DNA of 32,204 nt from Fidelibacterota bacterium (GTDB taxonomy: Bacteria; Fidelibacterota; Marinisomatia; Marinisomatales; UBA2128), in the NCBI GenBank assembly GCA_046861645.1, contig JBHHUM010000024.1, positions 1 to 32,204 on the forward strand, in the 5' to 3' direction. The translations under genes and the position numbers were made by a program. Shown one piece after another: positions 1 through 8,962 of this stretch. The notes under the pieces are model-generated. The model was not told where the DNA came from. It saw only the letters and a program-made list of their open reading frames with translations, and searched no databases. The stretch's first letter is position 1. Each line of letters begins with the position of its first letter.

Positions 1-240
1 GGAAATGACTACCTTTCTGTTTCAGTAGCTACTGGTGCTGGAAGCGCACGTAACACTATGATTGCCAACTCTGTGCAAGGGGCCATCGCTATTGATGGAT
101 CATATGGAACACTATCAGAAATAGGTCACACACTCCGTATGGGTAAACCTGTGGTCGGATTAGATACCTGGGATATAGAGGGAGTAGTAGCTGTGGAGAG
201 TCCGGAAGAGGCTGTAATCAAAATAATGGAGCTGATATGA
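1..240 (+). CDS. TIGR00725 / LOG(SLOG)-family protein, 5'-truncated by window edge
   Basis: Frame is open from base 1: GNDYLSVSVATGAGSARNTMIANSVQGAIAIDGSYGTLSEIG...GKPVVGL. The TG-x-G-x-ARN and G-x-GTLSEI motifs are typical of this family. Confidence 0.85.
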   Translation, partial: GNDYLSVSVATGAGSARNTMIANSVQGAIAIDGSYGTLSEIGHTLRMGKPVVGLDTWDIEGVVAVESPEEAVIKIMELI

Positions 241-518
241 GTGATAATGTGAGTGCCAAGATTCGAGTAACGGGTCGAGTCCAATTGGTTGGTTACAGAT
301 GGTTTACCCGTCAATGGGCGGATGATTTTGGTCTCTATGGTTGGGTGAAGAACGAGCGAGATGGTTCGGTTTCAATCCAAGTGGAAGGGAATCGTAGTCG
401 CATTGAGCAGCTTGTTAAGGAACTTAAGATGGGACCAGCCAATGCCAGAGTGGAAACCGTGGATGTCCAGTGGGGTAGTTTCCTGAATCAATTCAGGGAG
501 TTTGAGATTCGATATTGA
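237..518 (+). CDS. acyP: Acylphosphatase
   Basis: 93 aa with GRVQLVGYR (GRVQGVGFR-like phosphate loop), GWVKNERDGSV, GP-x-x-ARV and a terminal FEIRY. Start overlaps the upstream stop (ATGA). Confidence 0.93.
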   Translation: MSDNVSAKIRVTGRVQLVGYRWFTRQWADDFGLYGWVKNERDGSVSIQVEGNRSRIEQLVKELKMGPANARVETVDVQWGSFLNQFREFEIRY

Positions 519-561
519 CAAGAATCAATCACGTGACTTATAAAAGAAGACAGAGTATCAA

Positions 562-2175
562 GTGAAAATAGCAATCTGCCAGATCAACACCACGGTGGGC
601 GATTTTGAAAATAATTGCTTGAAGATTCTGGATTATTATCAACGGGCAATAAAACAGGGTGTAGATCTGGTTGTCTTTCCAGAAATGGCAGTAACGGGTT
701 ATCCTCCTCAAGATTTACTCACAAAACGCTCGTTTATTCGTAAGAACGATGAGATGGTGGCCAAGCTTGTTGCCAACAGTGAGGAACCTTATCTTATTTT
801 TGGCTATGTTCGCACCAACGATCGGGCTCTGCATAACTCGGCCATGATTGCTCAGCTGGGAAAGACCATAGCGTTCTATGATAAAATTCTCCTGCCAACC
901 TATGATGTCTTCGATGAACACCGTTATTTTCGTCCCGGAACCTCCTTAGCTCCGGTAGAACTCAAATTTCAAGACCGAAAAGTTAATGTCGGCATACAGA
1001 TCTGCGAAGATTTATGGGATAGAGATTATGATCAAAAAGTTACTGATGAATGTGTCGCTTTCGGAGCTGATATTATAATTAATATTTCCGCCTCGCCTTT
1101 CAACGTGGGCAAGCGTTTTGAACGAGAGCAATTGATTCTGAAAAAGGTACGAGATTTAGGTGTACCGTTTATTTACTGCAATCTTGTAGGTGCTCAGGAT
1201 GAGTTGGTTTTCGACGGACATTCGCTTATTTATAATGATTCAGGAAGTCTCATTGGGGAAGGTCCTCAATTTGAAGAGAGTATGGTAATCTTTGATCCAT
1301 TTCATTCGACGACTATCAAGCCATCTGATTACGATCGGGAAGGGGAGTTATTTGGAGGTTTGATATTAGGAATTAGAGATTATTTTCTTAAAACCAGTCA
1401 TCAGAAGTGTGTGATTGGATTGAGCGGAGGAATTGATTCCGCCTTGACGGCCTGTCTTGCTGTTGAAGCTCTGGGGAGGGAAAATGTTACCTGTCTGTAT
1501 ATGCCTTCACCTTACAGCTCGGAACATAGTAAAATCGATGCCGAGCAACTCACTTCTAACCTGGATGTAAAACTTATCACCCTATCTATAGATAAACTCA
1601 TGAAAGATTACGAAACCGCTCTTAGCAAATTTTTTTCAGGAAGGGATCACGACATTACAGAAGAAAATATCCAGGCCAGAATTCGGGGAAATATTCTCAT
1701 GGCTTTTTCCAATAAATATGGATATCTGGTTTTATCCACCGGAAATAAGACTGAATTAGCTTTAGGGTATTGTACGCTGTATGGAGACATGAGCGGTGGA
1801 CTCGCTGTGATCAGTGACCTGAATAAGAGTGATGTTTATGCTGTCTCCCACTGGTACAATTCAAAATGTGGTGAGACCATTATTCCCGAGAGTATTATGC
1901 TAAAAGTACCCTCTGCAGAATTGGCTCCCGGACAGATTGATCCTTTTGATTATGAAAAGATCAGTCCCTTGGTTGATGCAATTGTAGAAACTAAAGCGTC
2001 AAGGAGGGAGTTGATCGAACAGGGATATGATGCCAAACTGGTAGACGAAATGACTTTTCTGATCCAGCGAGCTGAATTCAAACGACGTCAGGCAGCTCCT
2101 GGTATCAGGGTGACCAGAAAAGCCTTTGGTATAGGGCGGCGTATCCCGATCGTAAATCACTTCAGGGAGGATTAG
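562..2175 (+). CDS. nadE: Glutamine-dependent NAD+ synthetase
   Basis: N-terminal nitrilase/CN-hydrolase domain (FPEM, K-x-LLPTYDVFDEHRYF, ICEDLW). C-terminal NAD synthase domain (GLSGGIDSA, ENIQARIRG, STGNKTE, GYCTLYGD, PSAEL, EFKRRQA). Confidence 0.97.
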   Translation: MKIAICQINTTVGDFENNCLKILDYYQRAIKQGVDLVVFPEMAVTGYPPQDLLTKRSFIRKNDEMVAKLVANSEEPYLIFGYVRTNDRALHNSAMIAQLGKTIAFYDKILLPTYDVFDEHRYFRPGTSLAPVELKFQDRKVNVGIQICEDLWDRDYDQKVTDECVAFGADIIINISASPFNVGKRFEREQLILKKVRDLGVPFIYCNLVGAQDELVFDGHSLIYNDSGSLIGEGPQFEESMVIFDPFHSTTIKPSDYDREGELFGGLILGIRDYFLKTSHQKCVIGLSGGIDSALTACLAVEALGRENVTCLYMPSPYSSEHSKIDAEQLTSNLDVKLITLSIDKLMKDYETALSKFFSGRDHDITEENIQARIRGNILMAFSNKYGYLVLSTGNKTELALGYCTLYGDMSGGLAVISDLNKSDVYAVSHWYNSKCGETIIPESIMLKVPSAELAPGQIDPFDYEKISPLVDAIVETKASRRELIEQGYDAKLVDEMTFLIQRAEFKRRQAAPGIRVTRKAFGIGRRIPIVNHFRED

Positions 2176-2176
2176 T

Positions 2177-2614
2177 ATGAAAAATTTATTGATGAGTATT
2201 GTATTAGTAAGTACCATATTACATGCTCAACCTGAAAGTGATAGCGAATATTGGCTCTCCTTGACACAAGAACAGAAGATAACCTTCCTTCAAGGTATAT
2301 ATACAGGTATAACTAAAAGTCTCCAGGTTTTAACTGAGGAAGCTACCCGACAAGAGAAAAAGGATCGTTTCTGGTCACCTCCTTTTGTTCATGAAAACAG
2401 TATCAAACGTTTAAATGAACTCTATTCGGAAAAAGTAGGTCAAGATTTTGAATGGATGGCAACCCTGGTAAATTCTTTCTATGCCAATCCTGACAATTAT
2501 CACATCTCTATTATGGATGCTCTTCAAATACTCATGCTCCACGAAAGTGGAGAAATTTCCAGAGCAAATGAATTATTATTAGTTAAACAAAGGGCTCAGC
2601 TCGAGGGAAGGTGA
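2177..2614 (+). CDS. Hypothetical secreted, probably helical protein
   Basis: GGAGG RBS directly after nadE; signal-peptide-like N-terminus (MKNLLMSIVLVSTILHA|Q). No family recognised. Confidence 0.75.
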   Translation: MKNLLMSIVLVSTILHAQPESDSEYWLSLTQEQKITFLQGIYTGITKSLQVLTEEATRQEKKDRFWSPPFVHENSIKRLNELYSEKVGQDFEWMATLVNSFYANPDNYHISIMDALQILMLHESGEISRANELLLVKQRAQLEGR

Positions 2615-2744
2615 CTTATTTCTAATATCAAACAGGTGTAAAAAGATAATAGTGCCATACATTCGCATTCTCGGTGGGGGAATACAAGAGAGGGTGGAAT
2701 TATAGTGAACTCTTGTAAGCTATCGATAGTGCTCTTGATACAAC

Positions 2745-2832
2745 AGGGGAAGCTTGGGGAGGTGAAGATTACGAATGATCACCTTTACCCAAACCCTCTC
2801 CCAAGTCTGACCAGGCAGACAGGCATCAGGGA
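2745..2832. repeat. Degenerate GC-rich REP-like palindromic element
   Basis: AGGGGAAGCTTGGGGAGGTGA is imperfectly complementary to TCACCTTTACCCAAACCCTCTCCC. It is followed by a small GTCTG-accagg-CAGAC hairpin, all within an AT-rich intergenic gap. Confidence 0.4.
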
Positions 2833-3200
2833 AGATGAATACTTCAAATCAATGAAAGATTAGTGAATTGGAAAAGGATTATCTTCTCTTTCAAGAGCGG
2901 TATAGACGAACAATAATTATTAAACGTTAAGAATCCAATTGTGGAATATACCAGATATGTAAAACTCCTATCTGAAAACATTCCTCGATGAAGTAGAAGA
3001 GTTCTTGTACACTCAGGTTTAATTAGATAATATTGTATAGATTTTTTCCCTCTCAAATAGGAAATAGATAGATGTAGTATTTTTGTTTCATCAGTATAAC
3101 AAATTCTAAGTTTCTGATTGGTTGATGGATACAATATTTGATTGATTAATATTATGCTGACCCGTGATCCTATACAGGATGTGAATATTGGATTGAAGTC

Positions 3201-5576
3201 ATGAAAATTAAATTATTTTTCTCTAAGGCGCCTTTGGCGCCTTTTGCTTTACTCTTCTGTTGTGGTATTTTTTTGCAAAAGCTCTTTCCTCTGCCACTTT
3301 GGTTATCTCTGGTGGCCACATCATTACTACTTCTTCTAACTTTTCTCCCACGATTAAGAATATTAACAAGCCCGCTGTTTCTTTTAGTTCTCTTTGGAGG
3401 AGTTCTCAGGATGGCCAGCAGCCAGTGGTATACGGCTCAAATCGAAGCCAATCTGGCGCAATTTCATAGTGAAGTAGTTAGAATTACCGGAGAGGTAACT
3501 GAGATAAGAGAAACTGAACGGGGCTTCAGGTATACAGTATTAATTGCAAACATTGTAAATAATAGTGTAGAAATAAGAGAATCTGTTAAAGTACTTCTTT
3601 ACACCGAGAGTGATTATTTAGCCTCTGTTGGTGATAATATTAATGTTGTTGCTGAATGGCGGAATATATCTTCCCCCCGAAATCCGGGAGAATTTGATTT
3701 TCAGAAGTATTACAAACAGCAGAATATCTGGGCTAAAGCCTTTTTGAAGGAGAATGAAGTCGCGACAGTAACTAAAAATGAGGAATTCTCATTTTCATCC
3801 ACTATTTACAATCTCAGGATGAATATTCGTGATCTATTTAATAAAACCGTAGGAGGTGATGCCGGCAAGCTTTTATCCGCACTTATTCTTGGTCTACGGG
3901 AAGAAGTACCAGGAGATATTAAGCAGGATTTTGTGGATACAGGTGTCATTCATGTTTTAGCCGTATCGGGTCTCCACGTGGGTTACGTGTTAATAATTGT
4001 GATGATGCTGGTGAAGATGCTACCGGTCCCCTGGCGGTTGGGGAAAATCTTAATTATACTATTACTTGTATCCTATGCTGTCCTGTCAGGTGGTAAAGCG
4101 AGTGTCTGGCGAGCAACTATTATGGCCAGTTTATACGTGCTGGCGCCTCTTTTCTACCGGAAAGCCAATTTATGGAATATTATTTCTGCGGCAGCCCTTA
4201 TCCTGTTGGTTTATAATCCAAACTATCTGACTGATCTAGGTTTCCTTATGTCATTTTCGGCGGTAATTTCTATTGTCTTCTTCCTGGATCAGTTTGCTAA
4301 TTTTCTACCGGAAAGATTACAGATAAATAATATAAGAAATCCTTTCTTTAAAGGAGTTTGGGGTTTATTTCTGGTATCGATCTCTGCCCAAATAGGTACC
4401 CTACCTTTTACCTGGAGCTTTTTCCACCGAATTCCAATTATATCTATAGTAGCTAATATTATCATTGTTCCAGCTATTGGTCTGGTTGTTTCACTCGGGT
4501 TTGCAATTACACTATTAGGAAGTTGGCTGTCATTTGTGGGTGTAGCCCTGGGAAACTCAGTCTGGTTATTGTGTGAGTTTATATTCTGGCTGACACGTCA
4601 ATTAGGGAGTCTAACTTTCTCTTATCTTGAGACATCAGTACCGACTATTACCTCAATTCTGATCTATGCAGGTCTTATTACTGCCATTTTTATTTTCTGC
4701 AATGCTCGAGTTCGACAGAGGGCGATCTTTCCTGCGCTTGTGAGTGCGTGTCTTATCATCTGGCCGTGGGCTCTTAAAGAGAAAAATATAGACATCATTT
4801 ACCTCGATGTTGGACAGGGAGATGCTGCTGTAATCCGCGTTCCAACCAATTCAGGACTAAAGACCATACTTATAGACGCAGGTTATAAAAATTGGAATCG
4901 TGATATGGGCGAACGGGTTGTGGTGCCTGTACTGAAATACTTTGGTATTAAAAAAATTGATCTGCTTGTCATGTCACATCCCCACAGCGATCATATTGGT
5001 GGAGTGGAAATTATCCTTAAGGAGATTGAAGTAAAAGAGATATGGGATTCACACGGCAGCTACGGCTCCTGGATGTATGCTCGTATTCAGGAGTTGGCGG
5101 AAGAGATGGATGTCAATTACCGCCAATTAGAGACAGGTTATATAGACAGCGTATTTTTACCACTTTTGATGACCATTTTCCATCCTGACAGTGTTTATAC
5201 GACTATAGAAGAGAATGTTAATAACAACAGTCTTGTGATCAAGATGAGTTACGGGGAGAGCGATTTTCTCTTCGTAGGTGATCTCGAAGAGGAAGGGGAT
5301 GAAATGATCGTTCCTTTTGATACTCTGTTGAACTCGGAAGTATTGAAAGTAGGTCACCATGGTTCTATCACCAGCAGCTCACAATCGTTATTAGATGCTG
5401 TTGATCCGGATTGGGCCATTGTCTCTGTGGGGGAAGGGAACAAATTCCAGCACCCCTCAGACATTGTAATGACCAGACTGGAGAAAAGTGGCGCAGAAGT
5501 TCTTCGTACTGACTATGAGGGAGCGGTCTGGCTGAAATCAGATGGACGTGATATTTGGAGGTATGATTGGCGGTAG
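3201..5576 (+). CDS. comEC: DNA internalization competence protein ComEC/Rec2
   Basis: OB/DUF4131 region with RNPGEFDF; Competence domain (DTGVIHVLAVSGLHVG, LGFLMSF); C-terminal metallo-beta-lactamase domain (LDVGQGDA, SHPHSDHIGG, GDLE, LKVGHHGS, HPS). Confidence 0.97.
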   Translation: MKIKLFFSKAPLAPFALLFCCGIFLQKLFPLPLWLSLVATSLLLLLTFLPRLRILTSPLFLLVLFGGVLRMASSQWYTAQIEANLAQFHSEVVRITGEVTEIRETERGFRYTVLIANIVNNSVEIRESVKVLLYTESDYLASVGDNINVVAEWRNISSPRNPGEFDFQKYYKQQNIWAKAFLKENEVATVTKNEEFSFSSTIYNLRMNIRDLFNKTVGGDAGKLLSALILGLREEVPGDIKQDFVDTGVIHVLAVSGLHVGYVLIIVMMLVKMLPVPWRLGKILIILLLVSYAVLSGGKASVWRATIMASLYVLAPLFYRKANLWNIISAAALILLVYNPNYLTDLGFLMSFSAVISIVFFLDQFANFLPERLQINNIRNPFFKGVWGLFLVSISAQIGTLPFTWSFFHRIPIISIVANIIIVPAIGLVVSLGFAITLLGSWLSFVGVALGNSVWLLCEFIFWLTRQLGSLTFSYLETSVPTITSILIYAGLITAIFIFCNARVRQRAIFPALVSACLIIWPWALKEKNIDIIYLDVGQGDAAVIRVPTNSGLKTILIDAGYKNWNRDMGERVVVPVLKYFGIKKIDLLVMSHPHSDHIGGVEIILKEIEVKEIWDSHGSYGSWMYARIQELAEEMDVNYRQLETGYIDSVFLPLLMTIFHPDSVYTTIEENVNNNSLVIKMSYGESDFLFVGDLEEEGDEMIVPFDTLLNSEVLKVGHHGSITSSSQSLLDAVDPDWAIVSVGEGNKFQHPSDIVMTRLEKSGAEVLRTDYEGAVWLKSDGRDIWRYDWR

Positions 5577-5586
5577 CCCCTGCTTT

Positions 5587-5641
5587 AAGTCCCCGTCACT
5601 TCCTCCAAATGAGTCCCTGCGGGAAAAAGTGTCGGGGACTT
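5587..5641. repeat. Long stem-loop (REP-like element or terminator) after comEC
   Basis: AAGTCCCCGTCACTT (5587-5601) pairs with AAGTGTCGGGGACTT (5627-5641) at 14/15 positions. The loop contains a further mini-palindrome, TCCCTGCGGGA. Confidence 0.65.
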
Positions 5642-5851
5642 CATTTCAAATTGGCATTCGTCTTGAATTGCAATAAAAGGGAGTAAAATTTAGATTCCGT
5701 TATTAAACAGTTTTGCTTATTGTATGTTGAGACTTGAATGATGTTATGGAGCAGAATAAAAGTACTCACACTACTAATAATACAGCACTGTTACGATTGT
5801 TGGATGTTCTAATCTTGCCAGTGAACAATTTTTATTAGGAGTTTTAGTTAG

Positions 5852-5977
5852 ATGATTAAGGACCTGATTCGTAAGAACCGGAGTTACCGAAGATTTTATC
5901 AGGAAGACCAAATTGATAAGAAAACCCTGGAAGGTACTAGCCTCACCGAGTCTGATCTGGGAGCAATACTTAAGTAA
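5852..5977 (+). pseudogene. Truncated nitroreductase-family gene remnant (41 aa; below ORF-track cutoff)
   Basis: AGGAG RBS, then ATG...TAA reading MIKDLIRKNRSYRRFYQEDQIDKKTLEGTSLTESDLGAILK. The L-I-x-K-N-R-S-Y-R-R-F segment is the FMN-binding N-terminus of nitroreductases. Similarity stops after about residue 27. Confidence 0.75.
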
Positions 5978-6029
5978 AATGTGGGAATACTATCAAAGTA
6001 AATTCTTACTTCATGAAGGGGGATTAACT

Positions 6030-8144
6030 GTGAGGAATCATACTGTCATTTTCATTATAGCTACTTTACTGTCAAGTCTAACAGCAGAGGATATAATGCT
6101 CACCGCTCCAGACGGCTCATCCGTGACTATCCACCGGGATGAGTATGGTGTACCCCATATCTTTGGTGAGTCGGAAACGGGCATCTTTTTCGGTCAGGGT
6201 TATGCGGTGGCTGAAGACCGATTGACCCAGTTAGAGTTTAACCGGCGAGGAGCTGAAGGTAGACTATCTGAGGTTCTCGGGTCAGCTTACCTGGAGTGGG
6301 ATCGCTACCGGAGAACTATTGGTTACACTCCAGCAGAAAAAGAAGCCCATTTCAGTCAGCTTTCAGTTGAACTACAGAATGCACTGGAATCATACAGTGC
6401 TGGTATCAATACCTATTTAGACAGTGTGGCGGCCGATCCCTATCTTAAACCTTTGGAATTGATCCTTCTGGGGACTGAATTGGAGCCATGGACAGTCTAT
6501 AACACCTTTTCTGTCCTGTACTACATGACCTGGGACTTTGGTGCTTTTGGCGGTCAGGAACTTGATCGTCTTTGGGAGCTCCAGAATTATGGACAGGAGT
6601 GGTTGGATGCCAACCGTCCCCTTAATGATCCCTCTGCACCCACTACAATTGAAGGAGGGTTTGCTAATCAGTCGCTGACCTGGACCTACTCTGGGATAAC
6701 GGTACGTAATGAAGTCATCGAAGAGTACCAACAGTATCGTGAGCACCTGGAGGAGCTGCGAGCGGCTGCAGGGTTACCTGGTACTTTTGGTAGTTTTGCG
6801 GTGCTGACTTCCCCTGCGAAAAGCGCATCGGGAAACGTTATGCTTTTGGGATGTCCTCAAATGGGTGAACCCCAGGAAGATACTCCCCAGATCAATAACG
6901 AAGTGGAACTATTATGCCCGACCATTCATGTGGGAGGCATGTCTATCGCTGGTATCCCCGGAGTCATAATTGGGCATACGGAGCATCACGGCATGAGTAT
7001 GACCAGCTCTATCAGTGACAATCTGGATATTTATATCGATTCAACCAATGACGTCTCTGGAACTCAATATTGGTACGATGGTGCCTGGCATGAAGTGGAA
7101 GCCATCACAGATACCATTAAACTACAATACGGAATGGAGGATATCTTTACCCATTATCGAACTATTCATGGGCCCGTAATAGATGATGACCTGGAAAATC
7201 ATCAGCTTTTTACTCTGAAAGCAACTTTCCGTGACCAGGAATTCCGTGCTTTGCAGTTTTTTTATGATAGTTGGCAAGCTACTTCTCTGGAAGAATTTGA
7301 ACAGGCCGCAGGGGAAAATTTTGTTATGGGATTCAATGTTGTCTATGCCGATCAGGATCAGAACATTAAATACTGGCATCTCGGTCTTTATCAGGATCGA
7401 ACCGACGGGGTGGACCCCCGTCTTCCTCACAAGGGGGATGGTTCTGAAGAATGGGGAGGATTGATTCCTTTTAGTGAACTTCCTCAAGCAAACGGTACTC
7501 AACAGGACTATTTTGCCAACTGGAATAATAAACCGGTAGCCTGGTGGAATAATGGTGATAACGTACCTTGGGTGGGAGATCATTATGTTACTTATATTAT
7601 GGATTACATAGATACTATTTCTCAACTTTCCTTCAGTGATTTGAAAGCTACTCCTTACAACATCAGTTCTCACGGGACTTATCAACAGGCATTGGAGTTT
7701 CAGGGAATTGCAATTCGTGATGAAAATATTCTCCCTCCCGGTCAAAGTGCTTTCATTAACTGGCAAGGAATCCCAAGTCCCCATTTTGATGATCAATGGC
7801 CACTGCATATTGCCTGGGATTATAAAGATCAGCAGTTCGGGCTTGACGATGCGGGAGTAATGACTCCTGGAGCGCTTCCGGAAGTGGTGGTGTTGGGACA
7901 GAACTATCCTAATCCCTTCAATGCCAGAACTATCATCCCCTTCTTCCTTAAGGAAACGGCTGAGGTAGAGTTGGTGATTTTCGATGTCCTCGGACAGGAA
8001 GTCGAAGAAATAGTGAGTGGCAGGATGGCTGCTGGTAAAAAAGAAGTAATGTGGGAAACAAATAATGTATCCAGTGGTCTCTATTACTACCAACTTACCA
8101 CTAACCATTCACAACTCACCAAGAAACTTGTTGTTTTGAAGTAA
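6030..8144 (+). CDS. Penicillin acylase family (Ntn hydrolase, S45) protein with C-terminal T9SS-type sorting domain
   Basis: VTIHRDEYGVPHI and GQGYAVAEDRLTQLE in the alpha chain; G|SFAV...GCPQMG beta-chain start; YRTIHGPV; NWNNKP; PPGQSAF; tail GQNYPNPFNA...GLYYYQL...KKLVVLK. A GTG start at 6030 is preferred over 5913 because of the GAAGGGGGA RBS and the signal peptide that follows. Confidence 0.92.
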   Translation: MRNHTVIFIIATLLSSLTAEDIMLTAPDGSSVTIHRDEYGVPHIFGESETGIFFGQGYAVAEDRLTQLEFNRRGAEGRLSEVLGSAYLEWDRYRRTIGYTPAEKEAHFSQLSVELQNALESYSAGINTYLDSVAADPYLKPLELILLGTELEPWTVYNTFSVLYYMTWDFGAFGGQELDRLWELQNYGQEWLDANRPLNDPSAPTTIEGGFANQSLTWTYSGITVRNEVIEEYQQYREHLEELRAAAGLPGTFGSFAVLTSPAKSASGNVMLLGCPQMGEPQEDTPQINNEVELLCPTIHVGGMSIAGIPGVIIGHTEHHGMSMTSSISDNLDIYIDSTNDVSGTQYWYDGAWHEVEAITDTIKLQYGMEDIFTHYRTIHGPVIDDDLENHQLFTLKATFRDQEFRALQFFYDSWQATSLEEFEQAAGENFVMGFNVVYADQDQNIKYWHLGLYQDRTDGVDPRLPHKGDGSEEWGGLIPFSELPQANGTQQDYFANWNNKPVAWWNNGDNVPWVGDHYVTYIMDYIDTISQLSFSDLKATPYNISSHGTYQQALEFQGIAIRDENILPPGQSAFINWQGIPSPHFDDQWPLHIAWDYKDQQFGLDDAGVMTPGALPEVVVLGQNYPNPFNARTIIPFFLKETAEVELVIFDVLGQEVEEIVSGRMAAGKKEVMWETNNVSSGLYYYQLTTNHSQLTKKLVVLK

Positions 8145-8270
8145 ATTGGTTCTCAGACGTGATTTATCTATGAGAAATTGTTGTTTGTAATTACGGCTGA
8201 ATTCGGGAGAGATAATTTTCAAAAGGGTTAGAACCTTCCCTATGAAGCAAAATGTAAGGAGGAAACGATA

Positions 8271-8879
8271 ATGAAACCGATCATCAAGTTTTTGAGCCTA
8301 TCAATAATCTTCTCTTCAAGTATGGGAAGCTACTTAACCGCTGATCCGGCTAGTCATCATGTGGCAGTATCCCTGCATGAAGATATGATTAACAATTTCT
8401 TCACGTCAATCGGAGAGATATCAGGAAAAGGGTCTAAGAAAGTTTTTGGGAAAAAAGTTAAATACACTTGGACTGTTAAAGACCCCTATGTGGATATTGA
8501 ACCCGGAACGGCCAGTTTTAAGGCAAAAGTAGAGATTAAAGCCGGTGCTTTTAAATCCATCAAAGAAGCTAATGGGAAGATGGAGATTACCTATCTTCCG
8601 GAGTCCAATCGGATCAAGATAAAAGTTAAAGAGACAAAAGTGAAATTATCCTTCAAATTTTTGGGACAAAAAGTCCCTATTGGGTCAATTAATCTTGCCA
8701 AGTATTATAAACCGTCTTTTGAATTTGCTGGTCCTCAACCCATTCAAAATCAAATCGAAGTTGAATTGCCTGATGATAGTAAAAGAGTAATTAACATTAT
8801 AACAAGACATGGTGACTTGGTTTTGGGAAAAGACAATGTAACAGTTTTCTCAAATCTAGAGTTTAATTCAGGTTTATGA
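8271..8879 (+). CDS. Hypothetical secreted beta-rich, Lys-rich protein
   Basis: AAGGAGG RBS, signal peptide and alternating beta-strand pattern. No family firmly recognised. Confidence 0.8.
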   Translation: MKPIIKFLSLSIIFSSSMGSYLTADPASHHVAVSLHEDMINNFFTSIGEISGKGSKKVFGKKVKYTWTVKDPYVDIEPGTASFKAKVEIKAGAFKSIKEANGKMEITYLPESNRIKIKVKETKVKLSFKFLGQKVPIGSINLAKYYKPSFEFAGPQPIQNQIEVELPDDSKRVINIITRHGDLVLGKDNVTVFSNLEFNSGL

Positions 8880-8962
8880 ACCATGCTTAATATAGTTAAA
8901 TGAATTAATTTGAACTGTGAAAAATCAACCTTGTTGAATTAAATGCTTATAGTACATTAAAA

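Noticed and set aside
2844..3134. 96-aa minus-strand ORF or possible decayed gene in the gap before comEC
   Set aside because: No RBS or motif, and atypical composition. A plus-strand fragment (SYLKTFLDEVEEFLY) looks protein-like but could not be assigned.
5913..6029. N-terminal extension of the acylase ORF from TTG 5913
   Set aside because: It has no RBS, overlaps the nitroreductase remnant in another frame and would bury the signal peptide; GTG 6030 fits better.
7122..8108. 328-aa antisense ORF
   Set aside because: Lies entirely opposite the well-supported acylase gene and has no recognisable motifs; a shadow ORF.
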